Assembly (NCBI GenBank): GCA_964016885.1
Contig: OZ024755.1
Coordinates: 40,362,001-40,426,000, forward strand
From: Eledone cirrhosa
Lineage: Eukaryota
DNA length: 64,000 nt
Reading direction: 5' to 3'
Shown: piece by piece, positions 15,001 to 30,329 of the stretch
Layout: every line of letters begins with the position of its first letter
Numbering within the stretch: the stretch's first letter is position 1
The notes under the pieces: model-generated
The model's input: only the letters and a program-made list of their open reading frames with translations
What the model was told of the DNA's origin: nothing
Database searches by the model: none
Translations under genes and position numbers: made by a program

Positions 15001-18000
15001 ATGGCCACAGTCTAATGAATGACACCAGTAACATGTCAGTACCCCAGTATGGCCACAGTCTAATGACTGACACCAGTAACATAATAGTGCCCCAGCATGG
15101 CCACAGTCTAATGACTGACACCAGTAATATAACAGTCGCCTAAAATGGCCACAGTCTAATGACTGACACCAGTAATATAACAGTGGCCCAATATGGCCAC
15201 AGCCTAATGACTGACACCAGTAATATAACAGTGCCCCTGTATGGCCACAGTCTAATGACTAACACCAGTAACATAACAGTACCCCAGCATGGCCACAGTC
15301 TAATGACTGACACCAGTAACATAACAGTGCCCCAGTATGGCCACAGTCTAATGACTGACACCAGTAATGTAACAGTGCCCCAGTATGGCCACAGTCTAAT
15401 GACTGACACCAGTAACGTAACAGTGCCCCAGTATGGCCACAGTCTAATGACTGACACCAGTAACATAACAGTACCCCAGTATGGCCACAGTCTAATGACT
15501 GACGCCAGTAATGTAACAGTGCCCCAGTATGACCACATTCTAATGACTGACACCAGTAATGTAACATTGCCCCAGTATGGCCACATTCTAATGACTGACA
15601 CCAGTAACAGAACAGTGCCCCAGCATGGCCACAGTTTAATGACTGACACCAGTAACATAACAGTGCCACAGCATGGCCACAGTCTAATGACTGACACCAG
15701 TAACATAACAGTGCCACAGTATGGCCACAGTCTAATGACTGACACCAGTAACATAACAGTACCCCGGCATGGCCACAGTCTAATGACTGACACCAGTAAC
15801 ATAACAGTGCCCCAGTATGGCCACAGTCTAATGACTGACACCAGTAACATAACAGTACCCCAGTATGGCCACAGTCTAATTACTGACACCAGTAACATAA
15901 CAGTGCCCCAGCATGGCCACAGTCTAATGACTGACACCAGCAAAATAACAGTGCCCCAGTATGGCCACAGTCTAATGACTGACACCAGTAACATAAGAGT
16001 ACCCCAGCATGACTACAGTCTAATGACTGACACCAGTAACATAACAGTGCCCCAGCATGGCCACTGTCTAATGACTGACACCAGTAACATAACAGTGCCC
16101 CAGCATGTCTACAGTCTAATGACTGCCACCAGTAACATAACAGTGCCCCAGTATGGCCACAGTCTAATGACTGCCACCAGTAACATAACAGTGCCCCAGC
16201 ATGGCCACAGTCTAATGACTGACACCAGTAACATAACTGTGCCCCAGTATGGCAACAGTCTAATGACTGACACCAGTAACATAACAGTGCCTCAGTATGG
16301 CCACAGTCTAATGACTGACACGAGTAACATAACAGTACCCCAGTATGGCCACAGTCTAATGACTGACACCAGTAATATAACATTGCCCCAGTATGGCCAC
16401 AGTCTAATGACTGACACCAGTAATATAACAGTGCCCCAGTAAGGCCACTGTCTAATGACTGACACCAGTAACATAACAGTGCCCCAGTATGGCCACAGTC
16501 TAATGACTGACACCAGTGACATAACAATACCCCAGCATGGCCACAGTCTAATGAATGACACCAGTAACATAACAGTACCCCTGTATGGCCACAGTCTAAT
16601 GACTGACACCAAGTAACATAACAGTACCCCAGCATGGCCACAGTCTAATGACTGACACCAGTAACATAACAGTACCCCAGCATGGCCACAGTCTAATGAC
16701 TGACACCAGTAATATAACAGTGGCCCAATATGGCCACAGTCTAATGACTGACACCAGTAACATAACAGTGCCCCAGAATGGCCACAGTCTAATGACTGAC
16801 ACCAGTAATGTAACAGTGCCCCAGTATTGCCACAGTCTAATGACTGACACCAGTAATGTAACAGTGCCCCAGTATGGCCACAGTCTAATGACTGACACCA
16901 GTAACATAACAGTACCCCAGTATGGCCACAGTCTAATGACTGACACCAGTAACATTGAAATACCCCAGCATGGCCACAGTCTAATGACTCACACCAGTAA
17001 CAGAACAGTGCCCCAGCATGGCCACTGTCTAATAACTGACACCAGTAACATAACAGTGCCCCAGCATGGCCACAATCTAATGACTGACACCAGTAAAATA
17101 ACAGTGCCCCAGTATGGCCACAATCTAATGACTGACACCAGTAACATAACAGTGCCCCAGTATGGCCACAGTCTAATGAATGACACCAGTAACATGTCAG
17201 TACCCCAGTATGGCCACAGTCTAATGACTGACACCAGTAACATAATAGTGCCCCAGCATGGCCACAGTCTAATGACTGACACCAGTAATATAACAGTCGC
17301 CTAAAATGGCCACAGTCTAATGACTGACACCAGTAATATAACAGTGGCCCAATATGGCCACAGCCTAATGACTGACACCAGTAATATAACAGTGCCCCTG
17401 TATGGCCACAGTCTAATGACTAACACCAGTAACATAACAGTACCCCAGCATGGCCACAGTCTAATGACTGACACCAGTAACATAACAGTGCCCCAGTATG
17501 GCCACAGTCTAATGACTGACACCAGTAATGTAACAGTGCCCCATTATGGCCACAGTCTAATCACTGACACCAGTAACGTAACAGTGCCCCAGTATGGCCA
17601 CAGTCTAATGACTGACACCAGTAACATAACAGTACCCCAGTATGGCCACAGTCTAATGACTGACGCCAGTAATGTAACAGTGCCCCAGTATGGCCACATT
17701 CTAATGACTGACACCAGTAATGTAACATTGCCCCAGTATGGCCACATTCTAATGACTGACACCAGTAACAGAACAGTGCCCCAGCATGGCCACAGTTTAA
17801 TGACTGACACCAGTAACATGACAGTGCCACAGCATGGCCACAGTCTAATGACTGACACCAGTAACATAACAGTGCCACAGTATGGCCACAGTCTAATGAC
17901 TGACACCAGTAACATAACAGTACCCCGGCATGGCCACAGTCTAATGACTGACACCAGTAACATAACAGTGCCCCAGTATGGCCACAGTCTAATGACTGAC

Positions 18001-21000
18001 ACCAGTAACATAACAGTACCCCAGTATGGCCACAGTCTAATGACTGACACCAGTAACATAACAGTACCCCAGTATGGCCACCGTCTAATGACTGACACCA
18101 GTAACATAACAGTGCCCCAGTATGACCACAGTCTAATGACTGACACCAGTAACATAACAGTGTCCCATTATGGCCACAGTCTAATGACTGACACCAGTAA
18201 CATAACACTGCCCCAGCATGGCCACAGTCTAATGAATGACACCAGTAACATAACAGTGCCCCAGTATGGCCACAGTCTAATGACTTACACCAGTAACAGA
18301 ACAATGCCACAGTATGGCCACAGTATGGCCACAGTATGGCCACAGTCTAATGACTGACACCAGTAACATAACAGTGCCCCAGTATGGCCACAGTCTAATG
18401 ACTGACACCAGTAACAAAACAGTACTCCAGCATGTCCACTGTCTAATAACTGGCACCAGTAACATAACAGTGCCCCAGCATGGCCACAGTCTAATGACTG
18501 ACACCAGTAAAATAACAGTGCCCCAGTATGGCCACAGTCTAATGACTGACACCAGTAACATAACAGTGCCCCATTATGGCCACAGTCTAATGACTGACAC
18601 CAGTAACATAACAGTACTCCAGCATGGCCACTGCCTAATAACTGACACCAGTAACATAACAGTGCCCCAGCATGGCCACAGTCTAATGACTGACACCAGT
18701 AAAATAACAGTGCCCCAGTATGGCCACAGTCTAATGACTGCCACCAGTAACATAACAGTGCCCCAGCATGGCCACAGTCTAATGACTGACACCAGTAAAA
18801 TAACAGTACCCCAGTATGGCCACAATCTAATGATTGACGCCAGTAACATAACAGTGCCCCAGCATGGCCACAGTCTAATGACTGACACCAGTAACATAAC
18901 AGTGCCCCAGCATGGCCACAGTCTAATGACTGACACCAGTAACATAACTGTGCCCCAGTATGGCAACAGTCTAATGACTGACACCAGTAACATAACAGTA
19001 CCCCAATGTGGCGAGAGTCTAATGACTGACACCAGTAACATAACAGTGCCTCAGTATGGCCACAGTCTAATGACTGACACCAGTAACATAACAGTACCCC
19101 AGTATGGCCACAGTCTAATGACTGACACCAGTAACATAACAGCACCCCAGTATGGCCACAGTCTAATGACTGACACCAGTAATATAACATTGCCCCAGTA
19201 TGGCCACAGTCTAATGACTGACACCAGTAATATAACAGTGCCCCAGTATGGCCACTGTCTAATGACTGACACCAGTAACATAACAGTGCCCCAGTATGGC
19301 CACAGTCTAATGACTGACACCAGTAACATAACAAAACCCCAGCATGGCCAGAGTCTAATGAATGACACCAGTAACATAACAGTACCCCTGTATGGCCACA
19401 GTCTAATGACTGACACCAGTAACATAACAGTACCCCAATGTGGCGAGAGTCTAATGACTGACACCAGTAACATAACAGTACCCCAGCATGGCCACAGTCT
19501 AATGACTGACACCAGTAATATAACAGTGGCCCAATATGGCCACAGTCTAATGACTGACACCAGTAACATAACAGTGCCCCAGTATGGCCACAGTCTAATG
19601 ACTGACACCAGTAATGTAACAGTGCCCCAGTATTGCCACAGTCTAATGACTGACACCAGTAATGTAACACTGCCCCAGTATGGCCACAGTCTAATGACTG
19701 ACACCAGTAACATAACAGTACCCCAGTATGGCCACAGTCTAATGACTGACACCAGTAACATAAAATACCCCAGCATGGCCACAGTCTAATGACTCACACC
19801 AGTAACAGAACAGTGCACCAGCATGGCCACTGTCTAATAACTGACACCAGTAACATAACAGTGCCCAGCATGGCCACAATCTAATGACTGACACCAGTAA
19901 AATAACAGTGCCCCAGTATGGCCACAATCTAATGACTGACACCAGTAACATAACAGTACCCCAGTATGGCCACCGTCTAATGACTGACATAAGTAACATA
20001 ACGGCACCCCAGTATGGCCACACTCTAATGACTGACACCAGTAATATAACAGTGCGCCAGTATGGCCACAGTCTAATGACTGACACCAGTAATATAACAG
20101 TGCCCCAGTATGGCCACAGTCTAATGAATGACACCAGTAACATATCAGTACCCCAGTATGGCCATAGTCTAATGACTGACACCAGTAACATAACAGTGCC
20201 CCAGCATGGCCACAGTCTAATGACTGACACCAGTAATATAACAGTCGCCTAAAATGGCCACAGTCTAATGACTGACACCAGTAATATAACAGTGCCCCTG
20301 TATGGCCACAGTCTAATGACTAACACCAGTAACATAACAGTACCCCAGCATGGCCACAGTCTAATGACTGACACCAGTAACATAACAGTGCCCCAGTATG
20401 GCCACAGTCTAATGACTGACACCAGTAATGTAACAGTGCCCCAGTATGGCCACAGTCTAATGACTGACGCCAGTAATGTAACAGTGCCACAGTATGGCCA
20501 CATTCTAATGACTGACACCAGTAATGTAACAGTGCCCCAGTATGGCCACATTCTAATGACTGACACCAGTAACAGAACAGTGCCCCAGCATGGCCACAGT
20601 TTAATGACTGACACCAGTAACATAACAGTGCCACAGCATGGCCACAGTCTAATGACTGACACCAGTAACATAACACTGTCCCAGTATGGCCACAGTCTAA
20701 TGACTGACATCAGTAACATAACACTGCCCCAGCAAGGTCACAGTCTAATGACTGACACCAGTAACATAACAGTGCCCCAGTATGGCCACAGTCTAATGAC
20801 TTACACCAGTAACAGAACAATGCCACAGTATGGCCACAGTCTAATGACTGACACCAGTAACATAACAGTGCCCCAGTTTGGCCACAGTCTAATGACTGAC
20901 ACCGGTAACAGAACAGTGCCCCAGCATGGCCACAGTCTAATGACTGACACCAGTAAAATAACAGTGCCCCAGTATGGCCACAATCTAATGACTGACACCA

Positions 21001-24000
21001 GTAACATAACAGTGCCCCAGCATGGCCACAGTCTAATGACTGACACCAGTAACATAAGAGTACCCCAGCATGGCTACAGTCTAATGACTGACACCAGTAA
21101 CATAACAGTGCCCCAGCATGGCTACAGTCTAATGACTGCCACCAGTAACATAACAGTGCCCCAGTATGGCCACAGTCTAATGACTGCCACAAGTAACATA
21201 ACAGTGCCCCAGCATGGCCACAGTCTAATGACTGACACCAGTAAAATAACAGTCCCCCAGTATAGCCACAATCTAATGATTGACACAAGTAACATAACAG
21301 TGCGCCAGCATGGCTACAGTCTAATGACTGACACCAGTAACATAACAGTACTCCAGCATGGCCACAGTCTAATGACTGACACCAGTAATATAACTGTTTC
21401 TACTTTAGGCACAAGGCCAGCAATTACCCAGTGCATAACTGGTACTTTACTTTATCGACCCCGTAAGGATGAAAGGCAAAGTCAACCTCGGCGGGAATTG
21501 AACTCAGATCGTAAAGGGACGTAACTATGCTGGAAAGCATGGCGTCCGACCCTCTACCGATACTGCCAATCCACCACAGTACCCCAGCATGGCCACAGTC
21601 TACTGACTGACACCAGTAACATAACAGTACCCCAGCATGGTCACAGTTTAATGACTGAAACCAGTAACATAACAGTGCCCCAGCATGGTCACAGTCTAAT
21701 GACTGACACCAGAAACATAACAATGCTCCAGTATGGCCACAGTCTAATGACTGCCACCAGTAACAAAACAGTACCCCAGCATGGTCACAGTCTAATGACT
21801 GACACCAGAAACATAACAATGCCCCAATATGGCCACAGTCTAATGACTGCCACCAGTAACATAACAGTGCCCCAGTATGGCCACTGTCTAATGACTGACA
21901 ACAGTAACATAACAGTGCCCCAGTATGGCCACAGTCTAATGACTGACACCAGTAACATAACAGTGCTCCAGCATGGCAACAGTCTAATGACAGACACCAG
22001 TACCAGAACAGTGCCCCAGCATGGCCACCGTCTAATGACTGACACAAGTAACATAACAGCACCCCAGTATGGCCACAGTCTAATGACTGACACCAGTAAT
22101 ATAACAGTGCCCCAGTAAAGCCACAGTCTAATGACTGACACCAGTACTATAACAGTGCCCCAGAATGGCCACAGTCTAAAGAATGACACCAGTAACATAA
22201 CAGTGCCCCAGTATGGCCACAGGCTAATGACTGACACCAGTAACATAACAGTACCCCAGCATGGCCACAGTCTAATGACTGACACAGGTAACATAACAGT
22301 ACCCCAGTATGGCCACAGTCTAATAACTAACACCAGTAACATAACAGTACCCCAGCATGGGCACAGTCTAATGACTGACACCAGTAACATAACAGTGCCC
22401 CAGTATGGCCACAGTCTAATGACTGACACCAGTAACATAAAATACCCCAGCATGGCCACAGTCTAATGACTGACACCAGTAACAGAACAGTGCCCCAGCA
22501 TGGCCACTGTCTAATAACTGACACCAGTAACATAACAGTGCCCCAGCATGGCCACAATCTAATGACTGACACCAGTAAAATAACAGTACCCCAGTATGGC
22601 CACCGTCTAATGACTGACACAAGTAACATAACAGCACCCCAGTATGGCCACAGTCTAATGACTGACACCAGTAATATAACAGTGCCCCAGTATAGCCACA
22701 GTCTAATGACTGACACCAGTACTATAACAGTGCCCCAGAATGGCCACAGTCTAAAGAATGACACCAGTAACATAACAGTGCCCCAGTATGGCCACAGTCT
22801 AATGACTGACACCAGTAACATAACAGTACCCCAGCATGGCCACAGTCTAATGACTGACACAGGTAACATAACAGTACCCCAGTATGGCCACAGTCTAATA
22901 ACTAACACCAGTAACATAACAGTACCCCAACATGGGCACAGTCTAATGACTGACACCAGTAACATAACAGTGCCCCAGTATGGCCACAGTCTAATGACTG
23001 ACACCAGTAATCTAACAGTGCCCCTGTATGGCCACAGTCTAATCACTGCCACCAGTAACATAACAGTGCCCCAGTATGGCCACAGTCTAATGACTGACAC
23101 CAGTAACGTAACAGTGCCCCAGTATGGCCACAGTCTAATGACTGACACCAGTAACATAACAGTACCCCAGCATGGCCACAGTCTAATGACTGACACCAGT
23201 AAAATAACAGTACCCCAGTATCGCCACAGTCTAATGACTGACATCAGTAACATAACAGTGCCCCAGTATGGCCACAGTCTAATGACTGACACCAGTAACA
23301 GAACAATGCCACAGTATGGCCACAGTCTAATGACTGACACCAGTAACATAACAGTGCCCCAGTATGGCCACAGTCTAATGACTGACACCAGTAACATAAC
23401 AGTACTCCAGCATGGCCACTGTCTAATAACTGACACCAGTAACATAACAGTACCCCAGCATGGCCACATCTAATGACTGACACCAGTAAAATAAAAATGC
23501 CCCAGTATGGCCACAATCTAATGACTGACACCAGTAACATAACAGTGCCCCAGTATGGCCACAGTCTAATGACTGCCACCAGTAACATAACTATACCCCA
23601 GTATGGCCACAATCTAATGACTGACACCAGTAACATAACAGTGCCCCAGTATGGCCATAGTCTAATGACTGATACCAGTAACATAACAATGCCCCAGCAT
23701 GGCTACAGTCTAATGACTGACACCAGTAACATAACAGTACCCCAGTATGGCCAGAGTCTAATGACTGCCTCCAGTAACATAACAGTGCCCCAGTATGGCC
23801 ACAGTCTAATGACTGACACCAGTAACATAACAGTACCCCAGTATGACCACAGTCTAATGACTGACACCAGTAACATAACAGTATCCCAGCATGGCCACAG
23901 TCTAATGACTGACACCAGTAACATAACAGTGCCCCAGTATGGCCACAGCCTAATGACTGACACCAGTAACATAACAGTGCCCCAGTATGGCCACAATCTA

Positions 24001-27000
24001 ATGACTGACACCAGTAACATAACAGTACCTCAGCATGGCCACAGTCTAATGACTGACACCAGTAACATAAAATACCCCAGCATGGCCACAGTCTAATGAC
24101 TGACACCAGTAACAGAACAGTGCCCCGGCATGGCCACTCTCTAATAACTGACACCAGTAACATAACAGTGCCCCAGCATGGCCACAATCTAATGATTGAC
24201 ACCAGTAAAATAACAGTGCCCCAGTATGGCCACAATCTAATGACTGACACCAGTAACATAACAGTACCCCAGTATGGCCACCGTCTAATGACTGACACAA
24301 GTAACATAACAGCACCCCAGTATGGCCACAGTCTAATGACTGACACCAGTAATATAACAGTGCCCCAGTATGGCCACAGTCTAATGACTGACACCAGTAA
24401 TATAACAATGCCCCAGTATGGCCACAGTCTAATGAATGACACCAGTAACATAACAGTACCCCAGATGGCCACAGTTTAATGACTAACACCAGTAACATAA
24501 CAGTATCCCAGTATGGCCACAGTCTAATGACTAACACCAGTAACATAACAGTGCCCCAGCATGGCCACAGTCTAATGACTGACACCAGTAACATAACAGT
24601 ACCCCAGTATGGCCACAGTTTAATGACTAACACCAGTAACATAACAGTATCCCAGTATGGCCACAGTCTAATGACTAACACCAGTAACATAACAGTGCCC
24701 CAGCATGGCCACAGTCTAATGATTAACACCAGTAACATAACAGTACCCCAGTATGGCCACAGTCTAATAACTGACACCAGTAACATAACAATACCCTAGT
24801 ATGGCCAGAGTCTAATGACTGACACCAGTAATATAACAGTACCCCAGTATGGCCACAGTCTAGTGACTGACACCAGTAACATAACAGTGCCCCAGCATGG
24901 CCACAGTCTAATGACTGACACCAGTAATATAACAGTGGCCCAATATGGCCACAGTCTAATGACTGACACCAGTAACATAACAGTACCCCAGTAAGGCCAC
25001 AGTCTAATGACTGACACCAGTAACATAACAGTGCCCCAGTATGGCCACAGTCTAATGACTGACACCAGTAACATAACATTGCCACAGTATGACCACAGCC
25101 TAATGATTGACACCAGTAACATAACAGTGGCCCAATATGGCCACAGTCTAATGACTGACACCAGTAACATAACAGTACCCCAGCATGGCCACAGTCTAAT
25201 GACTGACACCAGTAACATAACAGTACCCCAGCATGGCCTCAGTCTAATGACTGACACCAGTAACATAACAGAACCCCAGTATGGCCACAGTCTAATGACT
25301 GACACCAGTAACATAACAGTGCCCCAGTATGACCACAGCCTAATGATTGACACCAGTAACATAACAGTACTCCAGCATGGCCACAGTCTAATGCCTAACA
25401 CCAGTAACATAACAGTACTCCAGTATGGCCACAGCCTGGTGACTGACAGCAGTAACATAACAGTGCCCCAGTATGGCCACAGTCTAATGATTGACACCAG
25501 TAACAGAACAATGCCCCAGTATGGCCACAGTCTAATGTCTGACACCAGTAAAATAACAGTGCCCCAGTATGGCCACAGTCTAATGAGTGACACTAGTAAC
25601 ATAACAGTACCCCAGTATGGCCACAGTCTAATGACTGACACCAGTAATATAACAGTGCCACAGCATGGCCACAGTCTAATTAATGACACCAGTAACATAA
25701 CAGTACCCCAGCATGGCCACAGTCTAATGACTGACACCAGTAACATAACAGTGCCCGAGCATGGCCACAATCTAATGACTAACACCAGTAACATAACAGT
25801 GCCCCATATGGCCAAAGTCTAATAACTGACACCAGTAACATAACAGTACCCCAGCATGGTTACAGTCTAATGACTGACACCAGTAACATATCAGTGCCCC
25901 AGCATGGCCACAGTCTAATGACTGACACCAGTAATATAACAGTGGCCCAATATGGCCACAGTCTAATGACTGACACCAGTAATATAACAGTGCCCCAGTA
26001 TGGCCACAGTGTAATGACTGACACCAGTAACATAACAGTACCCCAGTATGGCCACAGTCCAATGACTGACACCAGTAACATAACAGTTCCCCAGTATGGC
26101 CTCAGTCTAATGACTGACACCAGTAACATAACAGTAACCCAGTATGGCCACACTCTAATAACTGACACCAGTAACATAACAGTGCCCCAGTATGGCCACA
26201 GTCTAATGACTGACACCAGTAACATAACAGTACCCCAGCATGGCCACGGTCTAATGACTGACACCAGTAACAGAACAGTACCCCAGTATGGCCACAGTCT
26301 AATGACTGAAACCAGTAACAGAACAATGCCCCAGCATGGCCACAGTCTAATGACTAACACCAGTAACATAACAGTACCCCAGTATGGCCACATTCTAATG
26401 ACTGATACCAGTAACATAACAGTACCCCAGAATGGCCCACAGTCTAATGACTGACACCAGTAACAGAACAGTACCCCAGTATGGCCACATTCTAATGACT
26501 GATACCAGTAACATAACAGTACCCAAGAATGGCCCACAGTCTAATGACTGACACCAGTAACAGAACAATGCCCCAGCATGGCCACAGTCTAATGACTAAC
26601 ACCAGTAACATAACAGTACCCCAGTATGGCCACATTCTAATGACTGATACCAGTAACATAACAGTACCCCAGTATGGCCACATTCTAATGACTGACACCA
26701 GTAACAGAACAATGCCCCAGCATGGCCACAGTCTAATGACTGACACAATTAACATAACAGTCCTCCAGCATGGCCACAGTCTAATGACTGACACCAGTAA
26801 CAGAACAATGCCCCAGTATGGCCACAGTCTAATGACTGACACAATTAACATAACAGTCCCCCAGCATGGCCACAGTCTAATGACTGACACCAGTAACATA
26901 ACAGCGCCCCAGTATGGCCACAGTCTAATGACTGACACCAGTAACATAACGGTGCCACAGTATGGTCACAGTCTAATGACTGACACCTGTAACGTAACAG

Positions 27001-27900
27001 TACCCCAGCATGGCCACAGGCTAATGACTGACACCAGTAACATAACAGTACCCCAGCATGGCCACAGTCTAATGACTGACACCAGTAACATAACAGTACC
27101 CTAGCATGGCCTCAGTCTAATGACTGACACCAGTAACATAACAGTGCCCCAGTATGGCCACAGCCTAATGATTGACACCAGTAACATAACAGTACTCCAG
27201 CATGGCCACAGTCTAATACACCAGTAACATAACAGTACTCCAGTATGGCCACAGCCTGATGACTGACAGCAGTAACATAACAGTGCCCCAGTATGGCCAC
27301 AGTCTAATGATTGACACCAGTAACAGAACAATGCCCCAGTATGGCCACAGTCTAATGTCTGACACCAGTAAAATAACAGTGCCCCAATATGGCCACAGTC
27401 TAATGACTGACACCAGTAACATAACAGTACCCCAGTATGACCACAGTCTAATGACTGACACCAGTAACATAACAGTACCCCAGTATGACCACAGTCTAAT
27501 GACTGACACCAGTAACATAACAGTACCCCAGCATGGCCACAGTCTAATGACTGACACCAGTAACATAACAGTGCCCCAGTATGGCCACAGCCTAATGACT
27601 GACACCAGTAACATAACAGTGCCCCAGTATGGCCACAGTCTAATGACTGACACCAGTAACATAACAGTACCCCAGTATGGCCACAGTCTAATGACTGACA
27701 CCAGTAACATAACAGTACCCCAGCATGGCCCACAGTCTAATGACTGACACCAGTAACATAACAGTGCCCCAGTATGGCCACAGCCTAATGACTGACTCCA
27801 GTAACATAACAGTGCCCCAGTATGGCCACAATCTAATGACTGACACCAGTAACATAACAATACCCCAGCATGGCCACAGTCTAATGACTGACACCAGTAA
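1..27900. repeat. 48-bp tandem satellite, about 580 units, consensus GTGCCCCAGYATGGCCACAGTCTAATGACTGACACCAGTAACATAACA; extends beyond the left window edge
   Basis: Strict 48-bp periodicity throughout. It produces 16-aa repeat ORFs on both strands, broken by recurrent stops and indels. Confidence 0.99.
21395..21574 (-). mobile_element. Full-length tRNA-derived SINE inserted in the satellite
   Basis: The reverse complement matches the copies at 43881 and 63597 and carries A-box-like TGGCAGTATCGG and a B-box-like GAGTTCAATTCC. The satellite phase resumes on both sides. Confidence 0.93.
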
Positions 27901-28503
27901 AGAGGCAAAAGAATAGAAGCGACTTCAATTATATATTCTGCACGATGCTATAAAGCTTTAATTTTTTTATGGTTTAGCATTAAAAAATTGCTTTTCATTC
28001 TAATATCAACTTTTTACGGTTGTCTGTTGTGTGATATAAAATAGCTTTGACAGAGTCCAGAGACAATGGCTGAGAGATCCAGGCCTAGTCTATTGTATAC
28101 AATAGCACTTCACACCGAGTAAATCCTCTGGCAATTCTAGATTAAAAAAAAAACAACAACATTTACTATGTTCCTGACAAATGTTGATAAATAACTTACT
28201 CTGTTTGGATGTGAGAAAACGTGAGCTGAAAAGCTAGTCTCTTTGTAAGATGGTACCTGAGGGAATTCTGTCCAAAAGAAACATTTTCAATTTACAACAT
28301 CAATTTACGGTTGTACATTCAATGGATATTTGTGAATACAAGCTCGGTGGAATATTAGACTTTAAAGCATCCGGATGATAGACTTAAGCAAGGTTTTACC
28401 AGTGAATAGAATCTAAAAGAGAGGCCGATAAATAAACAAGTATTTAACGATGATTAATACGTTATTTATCTCTCTAACTATCTCTCTATCTATATATCTA
28501 TCT

Positions 28504-30296
28504 CTCAAAATTAAAATAAAAACGGACGAATCTGCGGAGAAAAAATTAAATGACGAAAACATAAATCTGGACTTGGATTCCAACAACGAAAAAAAAAAAT
28601 TTGAAAAATTGCATGACAATACTAATAACACAAACAACGACACAACAAACAAAAAAATAACAGTTGAAAATAACACCATATCAGAAAACAAAGCAGACGA
28701 CAAGATTTCATTTGCACAGAAAACAAAGAAATCTTTGACTTATATAGCGGAAAACATTTCAGATGTGGTACGAAGGATCACGGACGCCAAACAATACATA
28801 AGTGAAGGTGAGAATGGTATTTTATCGGTAAAAATGCCTCAAGATTCACGAAAGACATTGAAAGCCGAACGGTCAAGTTTCGGACCATCAACAACAGTAC
28901 AAAAAAACCTGAACAGCCTTCTCAAGCAGATATCAAAACAGTACTCACAGAAGTACTGAATGAAACAACTTTCATAAGAAAAGACAGACTGTATGGAAGC
29001 CTAGCAATTATCATGAAGAACGAATCGGCGGCAAAAAAATGTGCTTTGTCACCGATTCGTTCGAAAAATTTCACCTTTTATCCATCTTATATGGGGAAAA
29101 GAACTCAACGCATATGGCTGGATGCAATGATGCCAGATGTGGACTACTGCTGGCTCATAGCTGGTTTCATCGATCCAGTGAATGACAACGTGATTTCCAT
29201 TGGGAAAACCACAGGCAATGCGTTCAGTGGAACAGGTATATAGCTGGTAGTACAAATGAAGCCTGAACGCATCGCCCAAATACCCGACAGAATCCTATTA
29301 GAGGACCACGGGTATATAAACATTAGCGTGGAGGGGAGAAGGCCGTCCAGCCATATCTGTGCAGGCAGAGGGCACCTGAAGGCCGCTTGTCCCCAACTCA
29401 ACAAAAAGAAAACCCTGCTACCAACACCAGCTCCACCACCACCACCACAACAGATAAACAAACAACAAAACTCAGTCCCACCCAACCCGTCCCTCAGTAA
29501 AACCACAACACCACCACAACACAAACAGTCACAACACATTACCCCAAAACAAAATACAGGCCCACCCAACCTCTCACTCAATAAAACAACACAACCACCG
29601 CAGACACAACACACAACACAGTCTAACATAGTGACATCCATCTCCCCCACAAAGAAAACCAACACGGAAACATTACCAGCAAACATACCTCTTCCCTCCA
29701 ACACTGAAGATAAACCAACGAATTCGGAGGAAGAAACGGAGTCCTTCAGACTGATTAAAAGGAAAAAAAGAAAACATGTGCAAAACACACAAGGACAAAC
29801 AACCCCCACCCAAATCGCAACACAATCCAACAAAACAGAAAACACCCCTCCAGCAACAAACAAAACCAAACCTGCCCCACCCCTCTTCGAAACACTCACA
29901 CCATCGGAAAAAAAGACATTACACTATACTTACATCAACAGAAACAACAATAAATTAAATGAACTCATATACAATAATCCTTCGGTACAAACCGAAGGTG
30001 TAAACTTTGTTTCGTCAGAAAACCATCCACATTTAAAACTAATAAAAATCCCAATGAACCTCTACCAAAAACTAAAAAAGGATTTTAAGGAGGACGTAGG
30101 ACCACCCTCTGTCAAACCCATAAACCGCGTCCTACTAAAAAGCTTTCCCCCTCCCCTTCCCCTCCCCAACACAACTCCAAACACCCCAACCCCACCACAC
30201 ACTGACGACCCCACACCACCACAAGACACCCCTTCACCCAACACCCCCGACCCCATGGAAGTCGTGCAACCCGAACCCCGGGAAGCGGAAAGGTAG
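28504..30296 (+). pseudogene. Disrupted ORF1 (gag-like) of the Tx1 element
   Basis: The pieces 28450-28959, 29013-29243 and 29256-30296 are separated by one frameshift and one in-frame TAG. It has a degenerate zinc knuckle SHICAGRGHLKAAC and a Pro/Thr-rich C-terminus. Confidence 0.8.
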
Positions 30297-30329
30297 GTCT
30301 CTACACTCTCCTTTGGCTCTGCCGCCCAC

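Noticed and set aside
1-27900. CRISPR array
   Set aside because: There are no unique spacers and no cas genes, and the context is eukaryotic.
18-27916. Long repeat ORFs as a real mucin-like or Cys-rich gene
   Set aside because: They are open on both strands because the unit is 48 bp. Stops and frameshifts are propagated by duplication, and there are no unique termini or signal peptide.
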